From an uncultured bacterium (GTDB lineage Bacteria; Patescibacteriota; JAHJAL01): a stretch of 64,000 nucleotides of DNA. Under the pieces are notes generated by a model that saw only the letters and a program-made list of their open reading frames with translations, had not been told where the DNA came from and searched no databases. Positions 7,520 through 17,401 of the stretch are shown in pieces. The stretch covers positions 3,330 through 67,329 of the forward strand of contig CALKWM010000009.1 of the NCBI GenBank assembly GCA_938004065.1, read 5' to 3'. Both the position numbers and the translations under genes were made by a program. The first letter of the stretch is position 1; each line of letters opens with the position of its first letter.

Positions 7520-10030
7520 TTATTTAATTACAAAATTTATTATTTTGCCGTTAATATAAATTTCTTTGACAATCTTTTTGCCTTGCAAATATTTGATTAT
7601 ATTTGGGACTTGTTTGGCTAGCGATAAAATTTCTTCTTGACTCAAATCAGTGGCGACGGTCATCTCTCCCCTTCGCACACCATTGATTTGAACGGGAATT
7701 GTGATTAGGTCATTTTGAAATAATTTTTCATCATATTGCGGCCAATTCATCAGGCAAATGGATTTAGAGTGTCCCATTTGTTGCCACAATTCTTCAGCAA
7801 TGTGCGGACAAGCCGGTGATAACAATAAAAGCAGAGCCTCCAAAGTTTGTCGCCAAGCAATTGGATCTTTGGCGATAGGTAGTTCTTTTTGAAAAGCAAT
7901 AAGGTCGTTGGTAAAAATCATCAGGTGCGAAATAACCGTATTGAACGACATTTTTTCATACTCACCACTGATTTTTTTAATTGCTTTGTTGACCCGCACC
8001 GCCAGTTGTGTCTCGGCAATTTCGCCGGCGTCATACAACCATTGCTCGGGGGTTTCTAGGATAACATCGTTGGCGATGATGATATCCTGGGCTAAATTCC
8101 ATACTTTGTATAGCCAGCGATTTACACCTTTGATGCCATTGGTATCCCAAATAGCGGTATCCGGATAAGGAGCGATAAACATTTCATAGGCCCGTAGAGT
8201 GTCAGCACCGTACTGTTTGATGATGTCATCAGGATTGATAACATTTCCTCTGGATTTAGACATTTTGATGCCACCCTCACCCAATATGTAACCATGGGAA
8301 ATCCTCTTTTTGAACGGTTCATTGGTAGGGACCAAACCTTGATCAAAGAGAAATTTGTGCCAGAAACGCGAATATAATAAGTGTAATGTAGTGTGTTCCA
8401 TTCCCCCGTTGTAGAGATCAACCGGTGTCCAGTATTGCAGATTTTTTTTGGAAGCAAATTCAGTATCATTGTGCGGGTCGGTAAATCGTAGCCAATACCA
8501 ACTGGAACCGGCCCATTGAGGCATGGTGTTGGTTTCCCGTTTGGCCGCGCCACCGCATTGCGGGCAGGTGGTATTAACCCAGTCGGCGATGTTAGCGAGC
8601 GGTGATTCACCGGTGGCGGTCGGACTATAATTTGGTACTTCGGGAAGTTCGAGTGGAAGCTGGTCTTCGGGTAATGGAACCTCACCGCACTTTTCACAAT
8701 AAACGATCGGAATTGGTTCACCCCAATATCGCTGGCGGGAAAAAACCCAGTCATTGAGTTGATAGTTGATAGTTTTTTCTCCCATTTTATTTTGCGCCAG
8801 TTTGGCAGTAATTTTTTCGATTGCTTCCGTGCAGGATAAATTATCGAACTCGCCGGAATTGATTAAAAACCCATTAGCTATATCGGTAAATGCTTCTTTG
8901 GATAAATCTAACTCTTTTTCTCGGCTATCGATGACCTGAGTTATGGGCAGATCAAATTTGCGGGCAAATTCAAAGTCACGCTGGTCGTGAGCCGGAACGG
9001 CCATGATGGCGCCCGTACCATAATCGGACAAAACATAATCAGCCACCCAGATCGGAATTTCCTGATTGTTGATTGGATTGATAGCATAGGCACCGGTAAA
9101 GACACCGGTTTTGTCTTTGTTTTCCTTTCTTTCGATATTGCTTTTGTTTAGTGCTTTTTGTATGTATTCTTGAACTTGTACTTTTTGTTCTTGGCTAACG
9201 ATTTTTTGGATTGACTCATGTTCCGGGGCCAATGCCAAAAATGTGGCACCAAACAATGTGTCCGGTCTAGTGGTAAATACCGAGATTGGATGAGATTTGT
9301 CCGCCGAGTCGGCGGATGTAACTTGAAACTTAACAGAGGATCCCTCACTGCGTCCGATCCAATTGATCTGCATCGCTTTGACTTTTTCCGGATAATCGGC
9401 ATCATGCAAATCATCAATCAAACGATCGGCATAGGCAGTGATGCGCAACATCCATTGTTCCATTTCTTTTTTGGTAGTGACGGCACCGCAACGGTCGCAT
9501 TTACCATCCACCACTTCCTCATTGGCCAATCCCACCATACACGAAGGACACCAATTGATTAAACTTTTTTGACGGTAAGCCAATCCATTTTTATATAATT
9601 GTAAAAATATCCATTGTGTCCAACGGAAGTATTTGGGATCAGTTGTGTCAATTTCTCTATCCCAATCAATGCTTAGCCCCAGACTTTTGACCTGCCGGCG
9701 ATAATTTTTGATATTTTCAGCGGTTTTTTGAGCGGGGTGAGTACCGGTTTTGATAGCATAGTTTTCAGCCGGCAAACCAAAAGCGTCCCAGCCGGTCGGA
9801 AATATCACATTTTTTCCCTGCATACGTTTGATACGGGCGATAGCATCCATAGCCGAGTCGGCGCGACAGTGGCCGACATGAAGTCCTTCGCCTGACGGAT
9901 AAGGGAATTCAAATAAAATGAAATATTTTTCTCTATTTTTATCATTGTCCAAGGCAGTAAAGATTTTCTCTTGCTCCCAAACAGATTGCCATTTGGGCTC
10001 GATTTGCAAGTGATTATATTCTTTTTTCAT
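7520..10030 (-). CDS. leuS: Leucyl-tRNA synthetase
   Basis: 836 aa with the HIGH motif (PYPSGEGLHVGH), KMSKS, a CP1 editing domain and zinc-binding cysteines. Bacterial-type LeuRS. Confidence 0.95.
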   Translation of the reverse strand: MKKEYNHLQIEPKWQSVWEQEKIFTALDNDKNREKYFILFEFPYPSGEGLHVGHCRADSAMDAIARIKRMQGKNVIFPTGWDAFGLPAENYAIKTGTHPAQKTAENIKNYRRQVKSLGLSIDWDREIDTTDPKYFRWTQWIFLQLYKNGLAYRQKSLINWCPSCMVGLANEEVVDGKCDRCGAVTTKKEMEQWMLRITAYADRLIDDLHDADYPEKVKAMQINWIGRSEGSSVKFQVTSADSADKSHPISVFTTRPDTLFGATFLALAPEHESIQKIVSQEQKVQVQEYIQKALNKSNIERKENKDKTGVFTGAYAINPINNQEIPIWVADYVLSDYGTGAIMAVPAHDQRDFEFARKFDLPITQVIDSREKELDLSKEAFTDIANGFLINSGEFDNLSCTEAIEKITAKLAQNKMGEKTINYQLNDWVFSRQRYWGEPIPIVYCEKCGEVPLPEDQLPLELPEVPNYSPTATGESPLANIADWVNTTCPQCGGAAKRETNTMPQWAGSSWYWLRFTDPHNDTEFASKKNLQYWTPVDLYNGGMEHTTLHLLYSRFWHKFLFDQGLVPTNEPFKKRISHGYILGEGGIKMSKSRGNVINPDDIIKQYGADTLRAYEMFIAPYPDTAIWDTNGIKGVNRWLYKVWNLAQDIIIANDVILETPEQWLYDAGEIAETQLAVRVNKAIKKISGEYEKMSFNTVISHLMIFTNDLIAFQKELPIAKDPIAWRQTLEALLLLLSPACPHIAEELWQQMGHSKSICLMNWPQYDEKLFQNDLITIPVQINGVRRGEMTVATDLSQEEILSLAKQVPNIIKYLQGKKIVKEIYINGKIINFVIK

Positions 10031-10188
10031 GATGTTTTACTATATAAAGGGTAGAAATAATTGCTGTATGTTTTAATTTTACAACAGATTAGATACGAAT
10101 ACATATTTTTGATTGCAGATAAATCATATATGTATTATAGTGGAGGAGATTTTGAAAATTTAAAAATATAGGGGGGGGAATACAAATA

Positions 10189-10452
10189 ATGAATAATGAG
10201 TGGATTGGTGACGATCGAGATGAGCGTTTAGAGGAACTAATAATTGATGATAATTTTTTTGAGGAAATGGATCGCCTGATGCAGATCAATGAGCAGTACT
10301 TTGTTACAAAAAACAAACCTAGCAAAGTTGAAATGTATCAGGGGATGGAAAAATGGTTCAAAAAGCTCAAGTACGAGCTGATAGTTGAGCCGAAAGCATT
10401 GATTTTCATTGCCAATAGTCTGCCCCGTTTTAACTTGGGTAAAGGGCGATGA
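10189..10452 (+). CDS. Hypothetical small acidic protein
   Basis: 87-aa ORF with no motif. It is preceded by a GGGGGGG run. Confidence 0.25.
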   Translation: MNNEWIGDDRDERLEELIIDDNFFEEMDRLMQINEQYFVTKNKPSKVEMYQGMEKWFKKLKYELIVEPKALIFIANSLPRFNLGKGR

Positions 10453-10563
10453 ATATTAAAAAATTTAAAAGTTTAATACACATTTTCGTAAATATCGGGA
10501 ATGTGTATTTTTTATGGTTTAAATCCTTGATTTTTTTGATATATCTTGTTATAATAGTGGGAT

Positions 10564-11979
10564 ATGTTTAAACTATTTATCAAACAAATCATCGAGGGAA
10601 AAACAACAAATCATCCGGTCAAACCGGCAGAAATTATCGATGCCAGATGGTATGACCGATTTGAAAAACTGGGATCTTTTCAAGCATATAAATTTTTTGA
10701 GGGTAACAAGAAATTCCGTGACCAGCAAAGGAAATCTTTCTTAAATATGGATACGAGAAATCCAGTATTTGATTATCCTTTGATCAATCAGGTAGAAATA
10801 CAGATACACAGCCAAGAAGTGATAAAGTTGAATAGAGATATCTCAAATAAAGAGAAAAATCCGATTGTACTGCACACTTATTTGCCCAAGATCGAGGAAA
10901 AACTGGCAGAATTGAATTTGATGAAACTGGCATATAAATTATCTCAAGAACAAAAAAGTGTAAATTCGGAAAAATTGGGGAAGGAATTTCAGATCATTTC
11001 AGAAAAATTGTATGGGAAACCGACAGAAAAATTGTTTGCCCATAGTGTCGCCAAAACCAGAGCAAAAATCAGGTTATTTATCGGTAAAAACGCTCCCACC
11101 GATGCGGCGGCCATGGATTTGCTGGCAGTATTGCCGGAAATCGAAGAAGAGACGTTTTTCAGCGCATTGGAGAAAAATCAATTGGAAAAATATCTGGCCA
11201 GATATTTCCTGATTGATGATGCATTGGAGATGATCAATTTATCTGAGATTGGCGGTATGCTTGGAGCTTCTGAAATAAAAAAGTATTTTGAGAAATTGCT
11301 CTTGAGTATGGGAATCACTGACTGGAAGGTAAAACTAGCAAAAAATTTAATGTCAATTTCTATCGATCATCAAAACAAACAGATAATTATCCCCCGCTGG
11401 CGAAAAATGAATCGTGATAAATTGAGGATGTTGATGGTGCATGAGATAGGGGTTCATGTTCGACGGCGATCAAATGGCGAAAACAGCCCCCTGAAACTTT
11501 TGGGGCTGGGTTTGCAAGGATATGAAACCGGTGAGGAAGGGTTGGCCGGCATTTGTGAAGATATTTTAAAAGAATCATATGATATAACTTTTGGCAGTTT
11601 GGTAGGATATTTGTCAGTGGGGATGGTTTACGGATTGGATGGGGTAAAGCGGGATTTTCGAGATTTATTTGATATATTGCATAAATTTTATCGTTTTAAA
11701 ATTGTCAAAAACTGTGAAAATACCGAGAAGATGGATTTGAACAAAGTGGACCGGAAGGCAAAAAAATTGGCATGGTTTAGAGCTTGCCGGATATTTCGCG
11801 GTAGCGGTGGGGCGATAAAAGGGGTTTGTTTTACCAAGGATATAATCTATTTGAAAGGTCGAATGTGTGTGTGGGACCAAATTCGTAACGAGAGCAAGGA
11901 ACTGTCGAGATTGTTTTGCGGTAAGTACGACCCTTGCAATCCGGAACATGTGCGGATTTTGGATGAGTTGGGGATGTAG
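10564..11979 (+). CDS. DUF1704-like putative metalloprotease (HExxH + QEGLA-type motif)
   Basis: 471 aa. HEIGVHVRR gives an HExxH motif, and GYETGEEGLAGICE resembles the QEGLA motif of the DUF1704/TIGR02421 family. Confidence 0.4.
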   Translation: MFKLFIKQIIEGKTTNHPVKPAEIIDARWYDRFEKLGSFQAYKFFEGNKKFRDQQRKSFLNMDTRNPVFDYPLINQVEIQIHSQEVIKLNRDISNKEKNPIVLHTYLPKIEEKLAELNLMKLAYKLSQEQKSVNSEKLGKEFQIISEKLYGKPTEKLFAHSVAKTRAKIRLFIGKNAPTDAAAMDLLAVLPEIEEETFFSALEKNQLEKYLARYFLIDDALEMINLSEIGGMLGASEIKKYFEKLLLSMGITDWKVKLAKNLMSISIDHQNKQIIIPRWRKMNRDKLRMLMVHEIGVHVRRRSNGENSPLKLLGLGLQGYETGEEGLAGICEDILKESYDITFGSLVGYLSVGMVYGLDGVKRDFRDLFDILHKFYRFKIVKNCENTEKMDLNKVDRKAKKLAWFRACRIFRGSGGAIKGVCFTKDIIYLKGRMCVWDQIRNESKELSRLFCGKYDPCNPEHVRILDELGM

Positions 11980-12032
11980 ATAATTTTTAGATAATAATGC
12001 CCATAGATATTGTGCCTAAAAGAGGTGCTTTT

Positions 12033-12782
12033 TTAATATCCTTCCAGGACTTCCTCAACGCTTTCCACAAATTTCAATGGTTGCGGACAAATGTTTTCTG
12101 ACAAAACCATATCGTCAAATAACAAATATTTGCCACTGAAAAAAACTTCTTCTCTGGTCGCCCAGAAATTTTCCTGATCCAAAGTTCGCTCAATCAATGT
12201 TCCCTGCGGGTTTAGAGTATGGAAAATATAGAAAATCACATCTTGAACAAAAACTCCCGATTTACGAAAACGTAATTTGTGATAAATTTCTTCCAGTATC
12301 AAATTTTGTGCGGACAATCCTGTTTCTTCGTACAATTCTCGCCTGGCTGCATCCTCGATTGTTTCTCCAAATCTTACTTTTCCGCCAAGTTTACCGACAT
12401 AGTTCAGATAAGGTTGTTTGAGTCGCCGATACAACAAGTGCTCGATCTGTCCGTCCGGGTTTTGGCGGATAGCGTGAATGAGGACGGAGGTTTTGGGTTG
12501 CCGTTCAACCAGATCAACGTTATCATCCAACAGGTTGACGTAATCTTTGCCTTTGTCGGTCAATGAATACTGACCGTTTTTTGACACCAGATTGAGAGCG
12601 AGGAGTTTTTTCAAGTGATAATTCATGTGTTCACTGGCTAGTCCCTCTACCAATAGATCATTAAAACGGAGGGATTTGGAGTGGGAAAATTTTTTAAGGA
12701 TTTGTTTTTGAATCGAGTGGAGTTTAGGGTTGTTTGGGTCCATAGTTTGTTTTTTAAAAAAAATCATGATAAATACTTTCAA
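12033..12782 (-). CDS. NUDIX hydrolase with an N-terminal winged-helix (MarR/ArsR-like) domain
   Basis: Nudix box GGKVRFGETIEDAARRELYEETGL. The N-terminal ~80 aa are HTH-like (LNLVSKNGQYSLTDKGKDY). The true start may be the downstream Met at about 12743. Confidence 0.65.
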   Translation of the reverse strand: MKVFIMIFFKKQTMDPNNPKLHSIQKQILKKFSHSKSLRFNDLLVEGLASEHMNYHLKKLLALNLVSKNGQYSLTDKGKDYVNLLDDNVDLVERQPKTSVLIHAIRQNPDGQIEHLLYRRLKQPYLNYVGKLGGKVRFGETIEDAARRELYEETGLSAQNLILEEIYHKLRFRKSGVFVQDVIFYIFHTLNPQGTLIERTLDQENFWATREEVFFSGKYLLFDDMVLSENICPQPLKFVESVEEVLEGY

Positions 12783-12930
12783 TTTGATTGTAATGGAGTA
12801 AGTAAATGAGAAACAACTGAAATATTTTTTAGTTTAGAAACGTTTGCATGCTTACCTATTGACTTATGGCGATTTTTATACTATATTTCTGCTAAAGTTC
12901 TTTAAAAAAAATATTTGAGGAGGGAAAATC

Positions 12931-13284
12931 ATGACAAAAAATCAATTGGATTTTTTTGAAGAGAGATTCATCATAAATCTCGATTCGATTTGTATCTTTA
13001 GAAAAGCCCAAAGTCGTGTAAACCGGACGACTTTGGCCTATGAAATACTGGAGAAAAAAATCCAGGATTTCTATGGCGATCTGGGAACGTTTTTAAGAAT
13101 AATTTCTCAATCTGAAATTGAGAAATTTTACAGAAATTATCTTTCCAGGTTTACCAGATCCCATCAAGAACTGGAAGAAGTCTCGATCAGGGAACTGAGA
13201 GACTTTGAAATAGCTTTAAATATTTTAAAGCTAAATAAATTGCAGAAAAGTGCGGAGAAAAGGAAAATAATGTCCGCAGTATAA
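12931..13284 (+). CDS. Hypothetical protein
   Basis: 117-aa ORF, helical, no motif. Confidence 0.3.
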   Translation: MTKNQLDFFEERFIINLDSICIFRKAQSRVNRTTLAYEILEKKIQDFYGDLGTFLRIISQSEIEKFYRNYLSRFTRSHQELEEVSIRELRDFEIALNILKLNKLQKSAEKRKIMSAV

Positions 13285-13389
13285 AAAAATTTTACCCCCA
13301 AAGTAAAAACACTTGGGGGTTAATTTAAAGTATTTGAAAATTTGCAAGCATAAACCGCAGGTTAATATATTCCTGCGGTTTTAATTTTT

Positions 13390-14073
13390 TTAAGCGAAAC
13401 ACAATTCAAGTTGAATCACTTTTCGCCATTTGACCAGATTTTTAAAACTTTCCAGATCGCTTTTGATGATCATGATTTCGTCCAATGAAATAAAGCTTCC
13501 TTGGAGAATTTTTTGGATTATTTCCAAATTCAATTCTTTAGTATCAGACGAATTATGATATTTTTTTGATAATTTCTCCACTTCCCGTTGGAGCAAGTCC
13601 CGGGAGTTATGAATCAGATCAAATAAACCCCAGAAAAAAGCAAATGCCGGCATAAAAAGCGCGTCATTGGCAAAATAATGGTTCAGATAATCAAATTTTA
13701 TTTTTTGATATATCATTTGGATCGATTCGTCATTTTGTAAAAGAAATTTTATGCTTTCTTCGGTTAAATCAATCTCGTGATCGCATGATGATTGCGCCCG
13801 AAAATAGTTTGTTAGATTTGCCTGTAATGTGCGGGTATGTATACGATGCAGGAGATCGAAAGCTAAGCATACTATTTCCAGATGTCTGGTGGATATATCG
13901 AAATTCATAATTTGAAATAAAATTTCGAAATCTTGAATTTTGGCTTGATCTTCTGGCTCAAACAAACTCAGATATTTCTGTTTCTTCTCCGATGGTTGTT
14001 CGATGAATGAAACCAGAAAATCCATTTTATAACTGATATCGTCAAAATAGCGATATTTTGTAAATTCTCTCAT
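13390..14073 (-). CDS. Hypothetical protein
   Basis: 227-aa ORF, no motif. Confidence 0.35.
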   Translation of the reverse strand: MREFTKYRYFDDISYKMDFLVSFIEQPSEKKQKYLSLFEPEDQAKIQDFEILFQIMNFDISTRHLEIVCLAFDLLHRIHTRTLQANLTNYFRAQSSCDHEIDLTEESIKFLLQNDESIQMIYQKIKFDYLNHYFANDALFMPAFAFFWGLFDLIHNSRDLLQREVEKLSKKYHNSSDTKELNLEIIQKILQGSFISLDEIMIIKSDLESFKNLVKWRKVIQLELCFA

Positions 14074-14323
14074 TTGGTAAAGTACCCTCCTTTGATGGTT
14101 TTTTGGTCGCTTTTATTATTTTATAACAAAATAAATTATAAAAAAACAGGCAATTACAGCAAAATTTATACTTTTTTTTATCGGAAAAAATTAGCCAAAA
14201 AGAAATACGGGGAACTTGACCCCGAATGGTCTTTTTTCAAATATGCTGATTGATTTGTATCGATATATGAATTCTTATATCATATATGAAGATAGTATTT
14301 ATTATCATTTTTGTTATACAACC

Positions 14324-17227
14324 ATGACCTTCAAAAAATTGGAAAATAAAAAATTGCCCCAGATGGAGATGGAAGTGCTGGATTTCTGGAGAGATGATAA
14401 GACTTTTCAAAAAAGTTTGAACAATCGGCAAGATGCAGAGTTATTCAGCTTCTATGATGGACCGCCATTTGCCACGGGAGAGCCGCATTACGGACATATC
14501 CTGGGGTCGGTAACCAAAGACATCGTCGGCCGATACCAAACCATGAAGGGTAAATTGGTAAATCGTCGTTGGGGATGGGATTGCCATGGGTTGCCGATAG
14601 AAAATATTGCCGAAAAAGAGTTGGGAATCAATGGCAAAGACGAGATAGAAAAAATGGGGGTGAAAAAATTTAACGATTTTTGTCGCAGTAAAGTTTTGGA
14701 TTATGTTGATATCTGGGGAAAAACCGTGGAACGGATGGGGCGCTGGGTGGATTTTGAAAATTCCTACAAGACAATGGACGTAACTTACATCGAGTCAGTT
14801 TGGTGGGCTTTCAAGCAGATATATGATAAAGGATTGATCTACGAGGGTGAGAAAGTTTTGATGTACTGCCCTCGCTGTGAAACACCGATGGCCAAAGCCG
14901 AGATTGCCATGGACAATTCCTACAAAACAGTCAAGGATGACACTATCACGGTAAAATTTAAACTAGTCGATGAAGATGTTTTCGCATTGGCCTGGACGAC
15001 AACTCCATGGACTTTGCCGTCCAACCTGGCACTGACGGTTAATCCGCAGATGGATTATGTTTATTTAAAGGACAAATCGGATCAGACGGTGTATCTGATG
15101 GGACAGGCGGTGGTGGGCAAGTATTTCCGAGACGAAAGTGAATATGATATCCAAAAGACGGTCAAGGGAAGTGAATTAGTAGGAAAAAAATACGAGCCGA
15201 TTTTTTCTTATTTCAAAGATTTGCCAAATTCATTTCGAATCATTGCCGGAGATTTTGTAACGGCGGAAGAAGGAACCGGCATTGTCCATACCGCGCCGGC
15301 TTTTGGTGAAGTTGATTATGATGTTTGCAAAGCAAATAATGTCGATTTTGTGTCGCCGGTGGATAAAACCGGTAAATTCACAGCGGAGATTTCGGACATG
15401 GAGGGCAAATTTGTCTTTGATACCAATGGAGAGATTATCGAAAAGTTAATGTCAGAGGGAAAGATTGTCAAAATTGAAAAATACGAACACGAGTATCCAC
15501 ATTGCTATCGATGTTCCACTCCCCTTTTATATCGCGCGATTCCCGCCTGGTTTGTTGATATTCAAAAGGTTAAACCAAAACTGATTGAATTGAATGAAAA
15601 AATAAATTGGATTCCGGCGCATTTAAAACACGGCAGATTTCTACACATCGTCCAAGAAGCGCCCGACTGGAATATTTCCCGTAACCGATACTGGGCTTCG
15701 GCGATGCCGGTCTGGAAATGCGACGATTGCGAAAAGATAAAGGTGGTCGGCAGTATCGAGGAGTTAAAGCAAGAAGCGGTTGACCTGCCAGATGATGTTG
15801 ACGTGGATTTGCACAAAGATTTCCTGGATCCGATTCATTTGCGGTGCGAATGTGGCGGACAGATGACGAGAATCCCGGAAGTTTTGGATTGCTGGTTTGA
15901 ATCCGGTGCGATGATGTATGCCCAATTTCACTACCCTTTTGAAAACAAAGAAATATTCGAAAAATCGGCGCCGGCGGATTTTGTAGCCGAATATATCGCT
16001 CAGACCAGAACCTGGTTTTATTATTGTTTAGTTAGTTCGGCGATTTTGTTTGAAGATGTGCCATACAAAAACATCGTAACTACCGGAACGATTATGGCCG
16101 AAGACGGTAACAAGATGTCCAAGAGTTTGAAAAATTTCCCCGATCCCTGGAAATTGTTTGATAAATTTGGAGTGGATAGCTTGCGGTTTTATCTGATGCA
16201 AGGCCCACTGATGAGTAATGCCGAGTCAATCAATTTTTCCGAGAAACAAGTGGAGGAAGTATTTCGGAACGTGATGATGCGATTGTGGAATTCTTTTACA
16301 TTTTTCAACACCTACGCCGTTATCGACAAATGGGAGCCACATGAAAATCATTCTAAGTCAGACAATATTTTGGATTTGTGGATATTGTCGGAGTTAAACA
16401 TTTTGATTCAAAAAGTAAATGAAGAATTCGACCGTTATGAATTTAAAACTGTAAATCATTTCAATCAATTTATCGACAACTTGTCCAATTGGTACATCCG
16501 CCGTTCCCGCCGTCGTTTCTGGAAAAGTGAGAGTGACAGCGATAAACAAAGTGCTTATCAGACTTTATACACTTGTTTGCTGGAATTAACCAAATTAATG
16601 GCACCGTTTGCGCCGTTCATGTCCGAAACAATATATCGCAATTTAACGGGTGAAAAAGATTCCGTTCATTTGCAGGATTATCCAAAATGCAACGAGTCAG
16701 CTATCAATGAAGAGATTAGCGTCAAAATGAATTTTGTACGGCAAGCAGTGGAAGTTGGTTTGTCCGCCCGAGCCAAAGCAGGCATCAAAGTGCGTCAGCC
16801 TTTAAGCAAATTGACCTTGAAATCAAAGATTGAATCATTGGAAGCGGAACTGGTGGAATTAATTAAAGACGAGGTGAATGTCAAAGAGGTGGAATTCGTA
16901 GGGACAAGTCAAGACATGTCCATACCAACCGCCGAATTGGAAACGACCATTACCGACGAATTAAAAATCGAAGGATTATCTCGTGATATTGTCAGACAGA
17001 TTCAGCAGGCGCGTAAAGAGGCCGGGTTCAATATCGATGATCACATAATTATCGGATATGAAGCAACGGATGATATGCTGGAAAAATCGTTGGTCGGACA
17101 CAAAGAATATATTTTGAATGAAGTATTGGCTGATAGTATGACCCAGGGTGATTTGGCAGATGCGGAATTTCACAAAGAAGCATCCATTGAAAAGATGAAT
17201 TTGAAATTGCATTTGAAACGGGTTTGA
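14324..17227 (+). CDS. ileS: Isoleucyl-tRNA synthetase, type 2 (eukaryote/archaeal-like)
   Basis: PPFATGEPHYGHILGS (type-2 HIGH region), KMSKS and a CP1 editing domain. No C-terminal Cys4 zinc finger. The ORF opens at 14216, but MTFKKLENKKL at 14324 fits IleRS N-termini. Confidence 0.93.
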   Translation: MTFKKLENKKLPQMEMEVLDFWRDDKTFQKSLNNRQDAELFSFYDGPPFATGEPHYGHILGSVTKDIVGRYQTMKGKLVNRRWGWDCHGLPIENIAEKELGINGKDEIEKMGVKKFNDFCRSKVLDYVDIWGKTVERMGRWVDFENSYKTMDVTYIESVWWAFKQIYDKGLIYEGEKVLMYCPRCETPMAKAEIAMDNSYKTVKDDTITVKFKLVDEDVFALAWTTTPWTLPSNLALTVNPQMDYVYLKDKSDQTVYLMGQAVVGKYFRDESEYDIQKTVKGSELVGKKYEPIFSYFKDLPNSFRIIAGDFVTAEEGTGIVHTAPAFGEVDYDVCKANNVDFVSPVDKTGKFTAEISDMEGKFVFDTNGEIIEKLMSEGKIVKIEKYEHEYPHCYRCSTPLLYRAIPAWFVDIQKVKPKLIELNEKINWIPAHLKHGRFLHIVQEAPDWNISRNRYWASAMPVWKCDDCEKIKVVGSIEELKQEAVDLPDDVDVDLHKDFLDPIHLRCECGGQMTRIPEVLDCWFESGAMMYAQFHYPFENKEIFEKSAPADFVAEYIAQTRTWFYYCLVSSAILFEDVPYKNIVTTGTIMAEDGNKMSKSLKNFPDPWKLFDKFGVDSLRFYLMQGPLMSNAESINFSEKQVEEVFRNVMMRLWNSFTFFNTYAVIDKWEPHENHSKSDNILDLWILSELNILIQKVNEEFDRYEFKTVNHFNQFIDNLSNWYIRRSRRRFWKSESDSDKQSAYQTLYTCLLELTKLMAPFAPFMSETIYRNLTGEKDSVHLQDYPKCNESAINEEISVKMNFVRQAVEVGLSARAKAGIKVRQPLSKLTLKSKIESLEAELVELIKDEVNVKEVEFVGTSQDMSIPTAELETTITDELKIEGLSRDIVRQIQQARKEAGFNIDDHIIIGYEATDDMLEKSLVGHKEYILNEVLADSMTQGDLADAEFHKEASIEKMNLKLHLKRV

Positions 17228-17235
17228 GTTTTTTT

Positions 17236-17307
17236 AGGGCGACCGCCCACCCAAGGCGGGCAGGCAAGGGTCGCCCGTACATGTAGGGGCGGACCCGTGT
17301 GTCCGCC
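17236..17307. repeat. GC-rich palindromic repeat cluster downstream of ileS
   Basis: agggcgaccgcccacccaaggcgggcaggcaagggtcgcccgtacatgtaggggcggacccgtgtgtccgcc. Contains several hairpins. Shares modules with 4995-5074, 23431-23521, 54607-54634, 59234-59345 and 61601-61737. Confidence 0.55.
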
Positions 17308-17401
17308 TTTCTTGCATTGGGAAATAATTTTCGTTAAGATTTAAAAGAGTGTTTTTCGATTTTTAAAAATTAATTTTAAAAAAGAAAGGAGAAATAATGA
17401 A

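Noticed and set aside
8122-8754. 210-aa minus-strand ORF and other antisense/alternate-frame ORFs inside leuS (7908-8168, 9148-9417, 9218-9562)
   Set aside because: They are nested within a high-confidence leuS CDS in other frames and have no motifs
17049-17282. Minus-strand ORFs overlapping the ileS 3' end and downstream repeats
   Set aside because: They are antisense to ileS and extend into the palindromic repeat, so are likely spurious
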